This document shows, piece after piece, positions 53,182 through 64,000 of a stretch of DNA of 64,000 bases; the stretch's first letter is position 1; each line of letters starts with the position of its first letter. The position numbers and the translations under genes were made by a program. A model generated the notes under the pieces. It did no database searches, was not told the origin of the DNA, and worked only from the letters and a program-made list of their open reading frames with translations. Source of the stretch: an uncultured delta proteobacterium (lineage in GTDB: Bacteria > Myxococcota > Myxococcia > Myxococcales > Myxococcaceae); the NCBI GenBank assembly GCA_963796055.1, contig CAWCKH010000004.1, positions 608,001 through 672,000 on the forward strand, written 5' to 3'.

Positions 53182-54009
53182 TTACAAGAAATCCTGCTCG
53201 TCCACCTCGTCCTCGTCCTCGAGCACGCCCTCGGCGGGCATGGGCTGGCCGGCCTCGCGCCGGGCGGAGAGGTGACGCCCGAGCAGCAGACCGGACTCGA
53301 CGAACCCCAGCAGCAGATAGGCGCCGAAGTACACCACCAGCACGTACGCGGGGTGGATACGGGTGGCGACCAGCACCCCGGCCAGGCACACCAGCATGAA
53401 GATGCTCAGGGTCCGGCGGTTGATGCGCACGTCCTTGAAGGTCCGGTAGCGGAGCGTGGAGACCATCAGGAGCGCCAGCACTGCCACCACGACGGCGATC
53501 GGCACCCGGGCGCCGGTGCCCAGCGGATCGCCGCCCCGCATCCCGTGGTGGGCGATGACCATGGAGACGATCATCCCCGCGGCGAGCGGGATGGGCAGGC
53601 CGACGAAGAAGCGGCTGCTCCCGGAGTGGTCGGTCGAGTGGGCCAGCACGTTGAACCGCGCCAGGCGGAGCGCTCCGCAGGCGGTGTACAGGAAGGACAC
53701 CAGCAGCCCCACCAGGCCCAGCGGGGCCAGCGCCCACTTGTACACCAGCATCGCCGGGACGACCCCGAAGGAGATGACGTCGGCCAGGCTGTCCAGCTCC
53801 ACCCCGAACTGGCTCTGGGTCCGGGTGAGGCGCGCCACGCGCCCGTCGAATCCGTCGAAGAACATGGCGAAGAAGATCGCCAGCGCTGCCTGGTAGAGCT
53901 GGGAAGGGCTGGCCTCGCCAGCACAGAGCGTGAGGGCGTAGAAGCCGCAGAAGATCGACGTGATGGTGAACAGGTTGGGCAGGACGAACTTGAGCTTGTG
54001 CAGCTTCAT
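53182..54009 (-). CDS. pssA: CDP-diacylglycerol--serine O-phosphatidyltransferase
   Basis: LPNLFT, DGFDGRVAR..S.FG.ELDSLAD, LRLARFN. Confidence 0.93.
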   Translation of the reverse strand: MKLHKLKFVLPNLFTITSIFCGFYALTLCAGEASPSQLYQAALAIFFAMFFDGFDGRVARLTRTQSQFGVELDSLADVISFGVVPAMLVYKWALAPLGLVGLLVSFLYTACGALRLARFNVLAHSTDHSGSSRFFVGLPIPLAAGMIVSMVIAHHGMRGGDPLGTGARVPIAVVVAVLALLMVSTLRYRTFKDVRINRRTLSIFMLVCLAGVLVATRIHPAYVLVVYFGAYLLLGFVESGLLLGRHLSARREAGQPMPAEGVLEDEDEVDEQDFL

Positions 54010-54080
54010 CGATCTCCGGCCCCTGCGACGGACAGGCCTCTGGCGAGACCCTGGCCGCCGGGTCGGGGGACTCTAGCACC

Positions 54081-55202
54081 ATGGACCCGGTCCGGGCCGT
54101 CGCCGCCCTGGGGCTCCTGGCCCTCGTCACCGGGGCTTACCTGGTCGCCGTGCGCGCATACTACCGGTTGCGGAGCCCGCGGCCGGAGCTGGAATTCGTG
54201 ACCACCCCGGACGGGACCCGGATCGCCGTCCACCACCGCCGCCCGGCGGTCCGCCGATTCGCCGAACCGGTGCTGCTCTGTCACGGGCTCGCTGCCAACT
54301 ACGTCAACTTCGACTTCGACCCGCCGCATTCCCTGGCACACGCCTTCGCCGCGGCGGGCTTCGAGGTGCTCAGCGTGGACTGGCGCGGGGCCGGCGCGTC
54401 CCGCGCCCCCCACTTCTGGCAGCGGTTTCTCCACGACGCCGACGACCTCATCGGCCAGGATGGACCGGCACTCCTCGCCCACGCCCTGGAGCGCACCGGC
54501 GCCTCGCGGGCCTTCTGGGTGGGCCACTCGCTGGGCGCGCTGGTCGGATATGGGGTGCTCGGAGGTCCCCACGGGGGTCGCATCCAGGGCATGTGCGCGC
54601 TCGGGGCCCCGGTCTTCTTCCGCTCCACTGGCTGGGTGGTGCGGCTCTCGCGGCTCGCCCTGTGGCTGGCATGGCCGCTCGCCTTTCGGCAGCGGTGGAT
54701 CAGCATCGGGCTGGCCCCGTTCCTGGGGCGGCGGGTGACGCTACCCCTGACCGAGGTGCTCGTCAATCCCAAGGCGATCGCCCCGCCCGTGCTGAGGAAG
54801 ATGTACTGCAACCTCGTCTCCTCCATGAGCTACCGGCTGCTCCGGCAACTGGACGACTGGAGCCGGCACGACGTGTTCCGGAGCCGCGATGGAGCGATCG
54901 ACTACCGGGCCCGGCTGCGCCAGGTGACGACGCCGGCACTGGTCCTGGGAGGAAGCCAGGACGGGCTGGCCACGCCACAGGCAGTGCTGGGCCAGGCGGA
55001 GCTGCTGGGCTCGGAGGACAAGACGGTCATGCTCTTCGGGCGCGAGAACGGCGACACGCTCGACTACGGGCACGGCGACCTCCTCTTCGGCGAGCACGCC
55101 CCGGTGGAAGTCTACCCGCGCATCCTCCGCTGGGTGGCGGACCGGGCTTCCCCGTGGTCGGAACCCACGCCCGCGTCCCTGCCAGTCAGCGTCGAGGGGT
55201 GA
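54081..55202 (+). CDS. Membrane-anchored alpha/beta hydrolase
   Basis: N-terminal TM, LCHGL, GHSLG, GSQD, YGHGDL. Confidence 0.85.
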   Translation: MDPVRAVAALGLLALVTGAYLVAVRAYYRLRSPRPELEFVTTPDGTRIAVHHRRPAVRRFAEPVLLCHGLAANYVNFDFDPPHSLAHAFAAAGFEVLSVDWRGAGASRAPHFWQRFLHDADDLIGQDGPALLAHALERTGASRAFWVGHSLGALVGYGVLGGPHGGRIQGMCALGAPVFFRSTGWVVRLSRLALWLAWPLAFRQRWISIGLAPFLGRRVTLPLTEVLVNPKAIAPPVLRKMYCNLVSSMSYRLLRQLDDWSRHDVFRSRDGAIDYRARLRQVTTPALVLGGSQDGLATPQAVLGQAELLGSEDKTVMLFGRENGDTLDYGHGDLLFGEHAPVEVYPRILRWVADRASPWSEPTPASLPVSVEG

Positions 55203-56642
55203 CGGCCCAGGCGCCATGCACGCAGGAGGCAGGCATGGGCGTCACGTCCCCGGTCCAGCCGTCGATCTCCACCTCCACCCCCTGGCTGCACTCGGCCCAC
55301 AGCGGGCCATCCCGGTTGGAGCGGGCGGTGATGCCCCGGAGCTTCGCCGTGCCGCGCTCGGTGACCAGCACCGCGGGCCCGTTCGTCCCCTCGATGGACA
55401 CCTCGCTCGCGCTGAGCCGTGCCTCGGTCTCCACCGCCACTCCCGCCACGCCGGCGTCATGGACGGTGGAGCGGGCGAGCGTCACCGTCGCCGCCTCGGC
55501 GGCGAGGATGCCGATGCCGCTGCACTCCTGGACCCGGAGACCGCCCAGGGTGGCACGGCCCCCGCGGATCTGGATGGCATCCCCCTCCGCGGAGTCGGCA
55601 CCGCGCGGGCCGGAGATGACTCCCCCGTCGATCGTGAGCTGGGTGCTGCGCGCCACGACCCCCGAGGAGACGCCGCCCTGCACCTCGAGGCCGCTGATCC
55701 GCACCTCGGAGGAGACCAGCTGCACTCCGCCCATCGGTCCGGCCGACTCGATGTGGACATCCTCGAGAACCGCCTGGCTGCGGACCAGCGCCAGACCCGC
55801 TCGCTCCGCGCCGATGGACCGCACGGTCCTGCCCTCGACGCTCGCGGCAGTGCCGGTCAGCAGCCCGTACTCGTGTCCGTTGACGCGGACATCGCGGAGC
55901 TGGAGGTGCCCGCCGGCGACGTAGAGGCCCGGTCCGCGACCGCCACGGACCTCCATCGAATCGACCACCGCCGTTCCGCCGGAGAGCCAGAGGCCGGTCA
56001 CCGCATCCTGAACCTGGACTCCCGACAGGCGGAGCATCGCCGGGCCGCTGGCGTCCACCGCGCGCTGGAACGGTCCCTGGAACCGGACGTGCCGGAGCTC
56101 CGCCTTCCCGCCCCGGAGCACCCGCACCCCGGGAATCCCGGAGACCGAGGCGTGGAGCGCCGATCCGGTGAGGAGCAGCTCGGCGCCGCCGGTGACCTCC
56201 AGCGCCGCCCCCCGCTGCCCGCTGAAGCCCACCGCGGCGAGCGTCGTGCGCCCGAGCTCCACCACCAGGCCCTCCGCTCCCCCTGGATCTGCACGCCCTC
56301 CAGCCGCACCGTGCCGCGCGTCCGCAGACAGGTTCCGGGAGCGGAGGCGGCCACCACCACCGCCTCGCCGCCGACGAGCTCCACGTCCTCGAGGACCAGA
56401 CCGCCCTGATACACCCCCGCGGCCAGGCGAAGGCGCCCGCGGCCCAGCGCATCGGCGAGCGCGCGGAACGGGCGCTCACGGCTGCCGTCACCCCCGGGAG
56501 CTGCCGAGGCGTCCACGAAGACCTCGGTCGCCACCCCGGCATCGGCGGCGGCGAGGGTCGTACCCGGGCGCGGCGCCGTGTCCTGCGGCGGGACGACGGC
56601 GGAGCACGCGGCCCAGACCAGCACGCCCAGCACCAGGGGCAC
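55186..56642 (-). CDS. Right-handed beta-helix (pectin-lyase-like, DUF1565) lipoprotein (-1 frameshift near 56281)
   Basis: Lipobox WAAC; FVDASAAPGGDGSRERPFR..LAAGVY; continues into ORF 55186-56265 if one G is added to the G5 run (56279-56283). Confidence 0.75.
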
Positions 56643-56662
56643 CGGGAGGCGGGCCGGCCCGC

Positions 56663-57652
56663 TCAGGCGCCCGGTCCCTCCGGCTTGCGCGCCGCGGCGG
56701 TCTTCGGGCGCTTCGGCGGATGGGCGATCACCACCGGCTTCGGCCCTCCGTCGCCCACCAGCTTCGCGAATTCCTTGAGCGGATCGCGGACGACGTCGTC
56801 CTTCCAGTACTCGAAGTGGAGGTGCACGCCGGTGGCGGTGCCGGTCCTGCCGGCGAGCCCCAGCGGCATCCCCTTCACCACCTGCGTGCCCTCGAGCACC
56901 AGCGTGCGCGCCAGGTGGCTGTAGCGCGTGATCCGTCCGTTGCCGTGGTCGACGGTGACCTCGTAGCCGTAGCCGTGCATCCAGCCGGCGCGCACCACGA
57001 TGCCGGCCCCGGCGGCCATCACCGGCTGGTTTCGCTCGGCGGCCAGATCGATGCCCGAGTGCATCTTGTTGCGGTGGGCGATCGGGTGGAACCGGCGGCC
57101 GAAGCGGCTGGTCACGCGCACCTCGTCCAGCGGCCACTGGAACCGGGGACCCGGAGGAGGCCCCATCCGGGCGTCGAGGAGGGCGAGCCGCGCCTCCAGC
57201 GACTGGACCAGCTCGGGAGAGACCCCGCCGTACGCCTGAGCGTCCCGGTCCAGCGCGGCCCTCAGCGAGCCCCGGGCGATCTGCAGGTCCTCGGCGTCGC
57301 TCTCGCTGGCCGGAACGGCCAGGAAGCGATCCACGTCGGCCTGGATCCGCTCCCAGGCGGCGCGCTCGGAGTCCGGCATCGTGGACCCCGGCTCGGCCTC
57401 GCTCCGCCTCGCCTCGGCCTCGAGGACGAAGGCCACCAGCCGGGCCCGGAGGAGGCTCGAGGTCATCGGCTCATCGGGGGGTGCAGGCACCGCCAGGGGA
57501 TGCAGCGCCGGCTCGGGCCTCACCGGCTCACCGGTGCCCGGAAGCCGGACCAGCTCGATGGGCTCGGAGGTGAGGGCTCCGGGGACGCGGGCCGTGGCAC
57601 AGCCCACGAGGGTCAGGGCGGCCAGGGCTATGACGAAGGCGTGACCGGTCAT
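56663..57652 (-). CDS. M23 family metallopeptidase lipoprotein
   Basis: Lipobox LVGC; HSGIDL, YSHL, ATGVHLHFE. Confidence 0.9.
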   Translation of the reverse strand: MTGHAFVIALAALTLVGCATARVPGALTSEPIELVRLPGTGEPVRPEPALHPLAVPAPPDEPMTSSLLRARLVAFVLEAEARRSEAEPGSTMPDSERAAWERIQADVDRFLAVPASESDAEDLQIARGSLRAALDRDAQAYGGVSPELVQSLEARLALLDARMGPPPGPRFQWPLDEVRVTSRFGRRFHPIAHRNKMHSGIDLAAERNQPVMAAGAGIVVRAGWMHGYGYEVTVDHGNGRITRYSHLARTLVLEGTQVVKGMPLGLAGRTGTATGVHLHFEYWKDDVVRDPLKEFAKLVGDGGPKPVVIAHPPKRPKTAAARKPEGPGA

Positions 57653-57749
57653 CGTCCATGCGCTGCCGGCCGCGATGCCGTGTCAGCCTAGAGACCCTCG
57701 CCCACGAGCCACGCGCCCGTCCAGACAAAAGGACGGACCGCACAGGTGC

Positions 57750-58784
57750 CTACTTGCCCTCCAGGGAGGCGCGCACGATGTCTGCTGCGCGCTCGCACCC
57801 GGCCCGGTCCACGTCGAGGTGGCAGACCAGGCGAAGTGCGTGGGGCCCCACCGAGTTCACCAGCAGCCCCGCCGCGCGGAGCCGGGCGACGAGGGGCGCT
57901 GCCTCGACCGGGACATCGGCGTAGACCATGTTGGTCTCGACCCGATCGAGCTCCACCCGGACCCCGGGGACGTCGGCGAGACGGCGCGCCAGCACCCGGG
58001 CGTTCTGGTGGTCCTCGGCAAGCCGGGCCACGTGGTGGTCCAGCGCATAGAGGCACGCCGCGGCGAGGATGCCGGCCTGGCGCATGCCTCCTCCGAGCCG
58101 CTTGCGGAGCCGCCGGGCCTCGGCGACGAAGTCCTTGCTCCCGGCGACCACCGAGCCCACCGGTGCACCGAGCCCCTTGCTGAAGCAGACGGTGGTGGAG
58201 TCCGTCAGGTGCGCCCAGGTGCTGGCCGGCACGCCCGCGGCGACCTCGGCGTTGAACAGCCGGGCGCCATCGAGGTGCACCAGCAGCCCCGCGCTCCGAG
58301 CGGCCGCGACCGCGTCGGTGAACGCTCCCGGCTTCCACACCGTGCCTCCGCCGCGGTTGTGGGTGTTCTCGATGATCAGCAGGCGCGAGCGCGGCAGGTG
58401 ATCGTCGTGCCCGCGGAACGCGGCCAGGATCTGCGCCGGGGTGAGCAGGCCCCGCTCGCCGACGACGGTGCGCGGCTGCACGCCCCACAGGGCACCCATG
58501 GCCCCGTTCTCGTAGTGGAAGGGGTGGCTGCCCGCCTCGAGGATGACCTCCTCGCCGGGGCGGGTGTGGACGCCGATGGCCACCTGGTTGCCCTGCGTGC
58601 CGGAGGGGACGAAGAGCGCCGCCTCCAGGCCGAGGCGCTCGGCGACCCGGGCCTCGAGCGCCCGGACCGTGGGATCCTCGCCGTAGACGTCGTCCCCGAC
58701 CTCGGCCTCGGCCATCGCACGGCGCATGCCCGGGGTCGGGCGGGTGACGGTGTCGGAGCGCAGGTCGATGGGAGCGGTGGCCAC
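57750..58784 (-). CDS. ltaE: Low-specificity L-threonine aldolase
   Basis: [32 protein letters not shown]. Confidence 0.93.
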   Translation of the reverse strand: MATAPIDLRSDTVTRPTPGMRRAMAEAEVGDDVYGEDPTVRALEARVAERLGLEAALFVPSGTQGNQVAIGVHTRPGEEVILEAGSHPFHYENGAMGALWGVQPRTVVGERGLLTPAQILAAFRGHDDHLPRSRLLIIENTHNRGGGTVWKPGAFTDAVAAARSAGLLVHLDGARLFNAEVAAGVPASTWAHLTDSTTVCFSKGLGAPVGSVVAGSKDFVAEARRLRKRLGGGMRQAGILAAACLYALDHHVARLAEDHQNARVLARRLADVPGVRVELDRVETNMVYADVPVEAAPLVARLRAAGLLVNSVGPHALRLVCHLDVDRAGCERAADIVRASLEGK

Positions 58785-58810
58785 GCCGGGGTCCGTACTA
58801 CAACCGGGGC

Positions 58811-59596
58811 ATGGCTCGCGAGACGGTGGCCGAGCGAAAAGTGCGCGCGGTGAAAGTGATCGAGCGGCTGGACGCGTCCATGCCCGAGGCCCACATCGAG
58901 CTGGACTACCGGACGCCGCTGCAGCTGGTGACCGCGGTCATCCTCGCCGCCCAGTGCACCGACAAGCGGGTGAACATGGTGACTCCCGCGCTGTTCCAGC
59001 GCTACCCCGACGCGCAGGCGCTGGCCGACGCCGACACTCCGGAGCTGGAGAAGATGATCCACAGCTGCGGCTTCTTCCGCGCCAAGGCGAAGGCGCTGAA
59101 GGGCATGGCGGCGGCGGTGGCCGAGCAGCACGGCGGCGAGGTACCCACCGCGCGGGCCGAGCTCGCCGCGCTCCCCGGCGTGGGCCCGAAGACCGCGGGC
59201 GTGGTCACGGTGCACCTCGGCGGCGAGCCGGCCTTCCCGGTGGACACGCACGTCAAGCGGCTCTCGCGGCGGCTGGGCTTCAGCCGGCGCGAGGACCCGA
59301 GCCGCATCGAGGAGGACCTCCAGGCGCTCCTCTCGCCGGAGCTGTGGGCCAAGGGGCACCAGCTGCTGGTGTGGCACGGGCGAAGGACCTGCTTCGCCCG
59401 GTCACCGGCCTGCGAGCGATGCGTTGTTCGGGACCTCTGCCCGCGGATCGGCGTGGCCAAGGCCAAGGCCACCGTGGTGAAGGGCGCGCGGCCTCCGAGA
59501 TCGGCGGCGGTCGTCCCCCCTCCGCCTCGCCGGGGTGGGCCGAAGAAGAAGCAGCGCCGTCGGTCGCCCGGCCGGGCGAGCCCCGTCTCCGGGTAG
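58811..59596 (+). CDS. nth: Endonuclease III
   Basis: [18 protein letters not shown] (HhH), VDTHV, C-x6-C-x2-C-x5-C FeS motif. Confidence 0.95.
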   Translation: MARETVAERKVRAVKVIERLDASMPEAHIELDYRTPLQLVTAVILAAQCTDKRVNMVTPALFQRYPDAQALADADTPELEKMIHSCGFFRAKAKALKGMAAAVAEQHGGEVPTARAELAALPGVGPKTAGVVTVHLGGEPAFPVDTHVKRLSRRLGFSRREDPSRIEEDLQALLSPELWAKGHQLLVWHGRRTCFARSPACERCVVRDLCPRIGVAKAKATVVKGARPPRSAAVVPPPPRRGGPKKKQRRRSPGRASPVSG

Positions 59597-59655
59597 CCCC
59601 CCTGGTGCTCTTCTGAGCACGCTGGTCTGCGCCAGCGCAGGGGGCGCTCCGCTGC

Positions 59656-62235
59656 TCAGCGTGGTGACGGATGGTCCGGCCACGACAGGAGCAGGACCTT
59701 GCTCTGCCGCACCGCGTAGCTGAAGCCAACGGCCCCGCCTCCTGCAGCCACCTTGAGCCGGAAGATCCAGTCGACGGCGCTGATGTCGGGCGGGGCGATC
59801 GTCACGAACGGCCGGCGAGCACCGGTCCTGAGATCAAGGCTGAAGACCCGCGCGGGCACCTCGTGCAGCGGCCGGACGAACAGGTTGCCGCTGGAGTCGA
59901 ACCCCGCCGGAGCCCAGGGCTCACCCGGCAAGGGCAGTGGAGTGGCCGAACCACCCTCGACGGGGAAGAGGGTGAGCACCCCGCCGTGGCCGATGGCCGC
60001 CACCAGGCGCCCGTCCGGGGAGATCTCCAGGAAGTAGCCCTCGAGGTCCGGCGAGGAGATGGGGCGCTGCTCCCCCGTCTCGCGGTCCACCCAGTGCACG
60101 GCGAACCCGGGCGCCCCCTCGGCACGGGCGATGACCGCCACGTGTCGACCGTCGGGGGCGAAGCGCGCCCGGCGGATCAACCGGAGCCGGGTCAGCTCCA
60201 GGGTCTGCTTGAGCCCGACCCCGGTGGGAAGGAACAGCAGCTGCCGTGACTCGGGCACCTCGTGCGCGCGGATGGCGAGAACCCACTTCCCGTCGGGAGA
60301 GAGACCCAGCCCCTTGGCATCCGCGAGGTGGACCGGGGCGGCGTCGACCCTTCTCAGGTTCGCGACCCGGTCGTTCTCGCTGAAGAGGATGGTAGAGCCG
60401 TCGTCCGAGATGTCGTCGAGGATCGACTGGTCGAGCCAGGAGAGGTCCCTCGCCGGCTGGTCCGATCCCGGTCGCAGCAGCGCGGTCTTGGTGCGCCGCT
60501 CGAAGCTGACCGCCAGCACCCGCCCATCCGGCGCGATGTCCTGAAGAATGAGATCGCTGGTTCCGCGGTACACGAGCCGCGACTGACCTTCGAGGGTCAC
60601 CGCCCAGAGTGACATCGGCGCCTCGTCGTCGCGCGTGAACCAGATTTCCTCTCCGCCGGGAGACCAGGCCACGCCTGCGATCTGCGCGGTACTGCGGGCC
60701 AGGACCCGGGCTTGCCCAAAGGTGTCCACCACCATCAGCTCCCCGGGGTAGTCGTAGAGCGACGGGTGATCGATGAAGGCCACCTGGTCTCCCCGTGGTG
60801 AGACCCGCAGATGGCTCAGCCAGCCGCTGGACTGATGGAGGACCTTCCCCACCGGAAACTCCAGGCGACTGACCGACCCGACCTGGTGAATGACTGCCAG
60901 GTCGGCCCCGTCGGGCGACCAGTCGGCGTAGCTCACCCCCTCGAGCAGCTCGCGCGGAGCGCCACCCACGATGGGGAGAACGGCGAGCGTTCCTCGGCAG
61001 CCGTCCTCGAAGAGTCGCCACGACGGCCGCAGCGCCACTGCGAGATCCCCCCGCCGGGAGATCGCCAGGAGCTCGGCATTCTCCGGCGACAGCGGGCGAT
61101 AGTCGGGGCGGTCCACGGTGGTGGCGTAGATCCGGGGCAGCTCTCCCGCTGCGGCCCCGGTGTAGAGGACCTCTCGCCCATCGGGGGCGAATCGCGCGGT
61201 CACCGCCTCTCCCCTGCTGAAGGTGAGCTGCTGCACCTGCGGAGAGCCGTCGGCCCCGCGCGGACGACGCAGGGAGACCACCAATGCCGTGCTGAGCACC
61301 AGCAGCAACCCCGCCAGCGCCAGCCCCCACCTCAGGCGCCGAGGGCCCGCGGTCCTCGCCGCCTCCCGCCGCGCCAGGGCCGCTCGCAGGACCTCGAGCT
61401 GGAACGCCAGGTCGCTCGCCGAGTGGTACCGCCGGGGCGGGTCCTTCTCCAGGCAGCGCTGAACCACCTGGGCCACCGGCTCCGGGACGGTGTCCGGAAG
61501 CGGAAGCGGCACCTCGTGGAGGATGGACTGCCCGCTCTCCAGAAGGCTCCCGGGAAAGGCTTGCCGCCCCGAGAGCATCTCGTAGAGCACTGCCCCGAAG
61601 CTGAAGAAGTCGGTGCGCGGATCGACCGCGTCGCCGCGCACCTGCTCCGGAGACATGTAGCCCGGTGACCCGAACACCGCGCCTGCACGGGTGGCTCCGA
61701 CGCCAGCGGCGGCGGTCCCCTCCATCATCCCGTGCGGGCCCGGCTCGAGCGCGGCCGCGACCGCCTTGGCGATCCCGAAGTCGAGGAGCTTCGCTCTGCC
61801 CTCGCGGGTCAAGAAGACGTTCTCCGGCTTGAGGTCCCGGTGGACGATGCCCTGCTCGTGCGCGGCGGCCAGCCCCGCCGCGAGCTGTGCCGCGATCTCC
61901 AGCGCCGTGGCGACCGGCAGGGCTCCGCGCTCGAGCCGACGCCGGAGCGTCTCGCCCCGCAGCAGCTCGGTGACGAGGAACGGGGTCCGGTCGTGGGAAC
62001 CAACGTCGTAGAGGGCGACGACGTTGGGGTCGTTCAACGCGCCGGCGAGCCGGGCCTCGCGCTCGAAGCGCTCGAGCAGCGCAGGGTCGGCGCCCAGCGG
62101 CTCGGAGACCATCTTCAGCGCCACGTCACGCCCGAGCCGCGTGTCCCGGGCCCGGTAGACCTCACCCATGCCGCCGGCGCCGAGCAGCTCGACGATCTCG
62201 TACGGGCCTACCCTGGTTCCGGGTGCCAGGCGCAC
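59656..62235 (-). CDS. Membrane Ser/Thr protein kinase with TolB-like beta-propeller
   Basis: LGAGGMGEVY, HRDLKPEN, DFG, YMSPEQ, TM segment, repeated W/I-SPDG motifs. Confidence 0.92.
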   Translation of the reverse strand: MRLAPGTRVGPYEIVELLGAGGMGEVYRARDTRLGRDVALKMVSEPLGADPALLERFEREARLAGALNDPNVVALYDVGSHDRTPFLVTELLRGETLRRRLERGALPVATALEIAAQLAAGLAAAHEQGIVHRDLKPENVFLTREGRAKLLDFGIAKAVAAALEPGPHGMMEGTAAAGVGATRAGAVFGSPGYMSPEQVRGDAVDPRTDFFSFGAVLYEMLSGRQAFPGSLLESGQSILHEVPLPLPDTVPEPVAQVVQRCLEKDPPRRYHSASDLAFQLEVLRAALARREAARTAGPRRLRWGLALAGLLLVLSTALVVSLRRPRGADGSPQVQQLTFSRGEAVTARFAPDGREVLYTGAAAGELPRIYATTVDRPDYRPLSPENAELLAISRRGDLAVALRPSWRLFEDGCRGTLAVLPIVGGAPRELLEGVSYADWSPDGADLAVIHQVGSVSRLEFPVGKVLHQSSGWLSHLRVSPRGDQVAFIDHPSLYDYPGELMVVDTFGQARVLARSTAQIAGVAWSPGGEEIWFTRDDEAPMSLWAVTLEGQSRLVYRGTSDLILQDIAPDGRVLAVSFERRTKTALLRPGSDQPARDLSWLDQSILDDISDDGSTILFSENDRVANLRRVDAAPVHLADAKGLGLSPDGKWVLAIRAHEVPESRQLLFLPTGVGLKQTLELTRLRLIRRARFAPDGRHVAVIARAEGAPGFAVHWVDRETGEQRPISSPDLEGYFLEISPDGRLVAAIGHGGVLTLFPVEGGSATPLPLPGEPWAPAGFDSSGNLFVRPLHEVPARVFSLDLRTGARRPFVTIAPPDISAVDWIFRLKVAAGGGAVGFSYAVRQSKVLLLSWPDHPSPR

Positions 62236-62241
62236 GAGGCG

Positions 62242-62784
62242 TCAGAGCGCGGTCGAGGCGCCCTGCTCCGGGACGTCCGTGCGCTCCAGCTTCCGCCGCT
62301 TCGCCCGGCGCCGCATCGACAGGCGCTGGAGCACGGGCAGATAGTCCACGTAGAGGCGCCCATCGAGGTGGTCGATCTCGTGCTGCGCCGCGGTGGCCAG
62401 CAGCCCCTCGCAGCGCAGCTGGCGCGGCTGGCCATCGACGTCGAGGTACTCGAGGGTGGCCACCGCCGGGCGCTCGACCTCCTCGGCCTCACCGGGGATG
62501 GACAGGCAGCCCTCGCGGTAGACCGACAACCCGCCCTCGGTGGAGACGATGCGCGGGTTGATCATCGCCACCGGCTGGACCTCGGGCTGGCGTGGACGGG
62601 TGTCGAGCACCAATACGCGCCGGTGCACGCCGATCTGCGGGGCGGCCAGGCCCACGCCAGGCGCGGCGTACATGGTCTCGAACAGGTCGTCGACCAGGGA
62701 ACGGATGGAGCCGTCCACCGCCTCGACCGGAACCGCGCGGCGGCGAAGGACACGGTCGGGCCAGAGGCGAATCTCTCGGATCAT
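62242..62784 (-). CDS. def: Peptide deformylase
   Basis: GVGLAAPQ, EGCLS, QHEIDHL. Confidence 0.96.
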   Translation of the reverse strand: MIREIRLWPDRVLRRRAVPVEAVDGSIRSLVDDLFETMYAAPGVGLAAPQIGVHRRVLVLDTRPRQPEVQPVAMINPRIVSTEGGLSVYREGCLSIPGEAEEVERPAVATLEYLDVDGQPRQLRCEGLLATAAQHEIDHLDGRLYVDYLPVLQRLSMRRRAKRRKLERTDVPEQGASTAL

Positions 62785-62918
62785 CGTCCTCCGCGGTCAT
62801 AGTCGCCGCGTGCGACGCGCGCAATCCAGACGGCCCGGGCCCGCGGAGCCTCCCCGCTGGCACCGCCTCCGCCCAGGCTTCCCCGCAACGCCTGCTCCGG
62901 GCTGGTTCGCTGGGTGGA

Positions 62919-64000
62919 ATGCGCTCCAGCGACGGTGGGAGAAGGAGACAGCGGTACGGGCTGCTGGCGTTGGCCTGTCTCCTTGCAGCATGTGGCCCTC
63001 CGCCCCAGGGCGCCGGCGAGAGCCACACCGGAGCGGACGCGGGCCCGGACTCCGGAACCGACGCGGGCCCGCACCCCGGAATCGACGCCGGTCCGGGCAC
63101 GGACGGACCGATGTTCGAGCAGAGCCCGACCTGGTCCGCTCACCGCCGGATGCGCACCGCAGCTGGCGATGACGTCGTGCTGGAGGAGCAGCTCACCAGC
63201 TTCACCATCGGCCCTGGCCCGACCCGGGTCCGCCGGCTCGACGCACCTGGGTCGGCTCCGTGGGACGCCCCGCAGGGACTCTTCATCGAGGATGCCGCCC
63301 TGCATCCCTCGGGGGCGGTCACTGCGGTTCTGGTCGACGACCACCTCGGAGTGTGGATCGCCCGGCTCGCGCCGGACCTCGCGCTTCTCCAGCTCGCGCA
63401 CCTCGAGGATCCTGCCATCGCCAGCGATCCCTTCCCCGACGCGGGAATCCCACCACCCACCTCGCTGGTCGCCAACTCTCTGCCCCGGGATTCGGTCCGG
63501 GTCGCACCGGACGGCGAGGGCGCGGTGGTCGCGGTGACCACCACGCTGGAGTCGGTGATTCTCTATCGGATCTCCTTCTCCACGCGCTGGGAGGCGCCCG
63601 TCCGTACGCTGGTCACGCCGGTCAACCACCACATTCCCTTTCTTCCCATCGGGGGCACGTTCGACACGTTCGGAGCCATGTGGTCCTCGTTCCGCGCCCT
63701 TCTCGACGTCGATGCCGCCGGCAATGCGTACCTGGCGTTCTGGGCCAACCCACGGAAGATCCAGGGTCACGCGGCATTCACCGGAGAAGACCTCCATCCG
63801 CTCGTCGAGCGGTTGTCCCAGGACTCCGACGTGCTGCTGGAGAAGATCGATCGCAGCGGTGCCCGGCAGTGGTCCCGGGTGATCGGCACCGAGCACGAGG
63901 ACGAGCCCTACGCCATCCGCGCAGCCGGGGGCGCGGTGGCGGTGGTCGGCCGGTCGCGGCGTGTTCCGGGAGACGACAACACCTTCTGGGACGCGTTCGT
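62919..64000 (+). CDS. Hypothetical lipoprotein (beta-propeller-like), truncated by the window end
   Basis: Not in the ORF track because it has no stop. ATG 62919 reads MRSSDGGRRRQRYGLLALACLLAAC, then a DAGP repeat linker, and later DVDAAGNAYL and WSRVIGTEHED in the same frame. Confidence 0.7.
   Translation, partial: MRSSDGGRRRQRYGLLALACLLAACGPPPQGAGESHTGADAGPDSGTDAGPHPGIDAGPGTDGPMFEQSPTWSAHRRMRTAAGDDVVLEEQLTSFTIGPGPTRVRRLDAPGSAPWDAPQGLFIEDAALHPSGAVTAVLVDDHLGVWIARLAPDLALLQLAHLEDPAIASDPFPDAGIPPPTSLVANSLPRDSVRVAPDGEGAVVAVTTTLESVILYRISFSTRWEAPVRTLVTPVNHHIPFLPIGGTFDTFGAMWSSFRALLDVDAAGNAYLAFWANPRKIQGHAAFTGEDLHPLVERLSQDSDVLLEKIDRSGARQWSRVIGTEHEDEPYAIRAAGGAVAVVGRSRRVPGDDNTFWDAF

Noticed and set aside
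59613..59660. Hairpin between the convergent nth and kinase genes as an intrinsic terminator
   Set aside because: Irregular stem with no U-tract; not distinguishable from chance in GC-rich DNA.

Overview
Very GC-rich, gene-dense chromosomal segment. Gene content points to a myxobacterium (Myxococcales, inferred): a RecA1-type recA, the oar-mlpA / tonB-exbB-exbD-exbD locus, MJ0042-type zinc-finger/TPR proteins and eukaryote-like Ser/Thr kinases. The backbone is housekeeping: rnj, rimO, lolA, trmH-obgE-rpmA-rplU, gatCAB, ftsK, a THUMP methyltransferase, plsY, a ComM/YifB ATPase, ndh, plsC, recA, cinA, pssA, ltaE, nth and def. I recognised no rRNA, tRNA, CRISPR-Cas or transposase. Best accessory candidates: (i) a GNAT + PlsC-like acyltransferase + ureohydrolase operon (11.4-13.9 kb) with a tandem-repeat upstream region, possibly an undescribed aminolipid/acyl-polyamine pathway; (ii) a GAF-PAS sigma54 activator next to a ferritin-like diiron protein, with a visible -24/-12 promoter and TCGCGA repeats; (iii) a small Tat lipoprotein with three His-x-His repeats; (iv) a ~440-bp palindromic non-coding element with 33-bp repeats, and a second REP-like cluster; (v) a catalytically dead tandem retropepsin-like lipoprotein beside lolA. 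Several genes carry single-base frameshifts, mostly in G/C runs (probably consensus errors), and several accessory genes appear internally deleted. All calls come from motif recognition; no database search was run.
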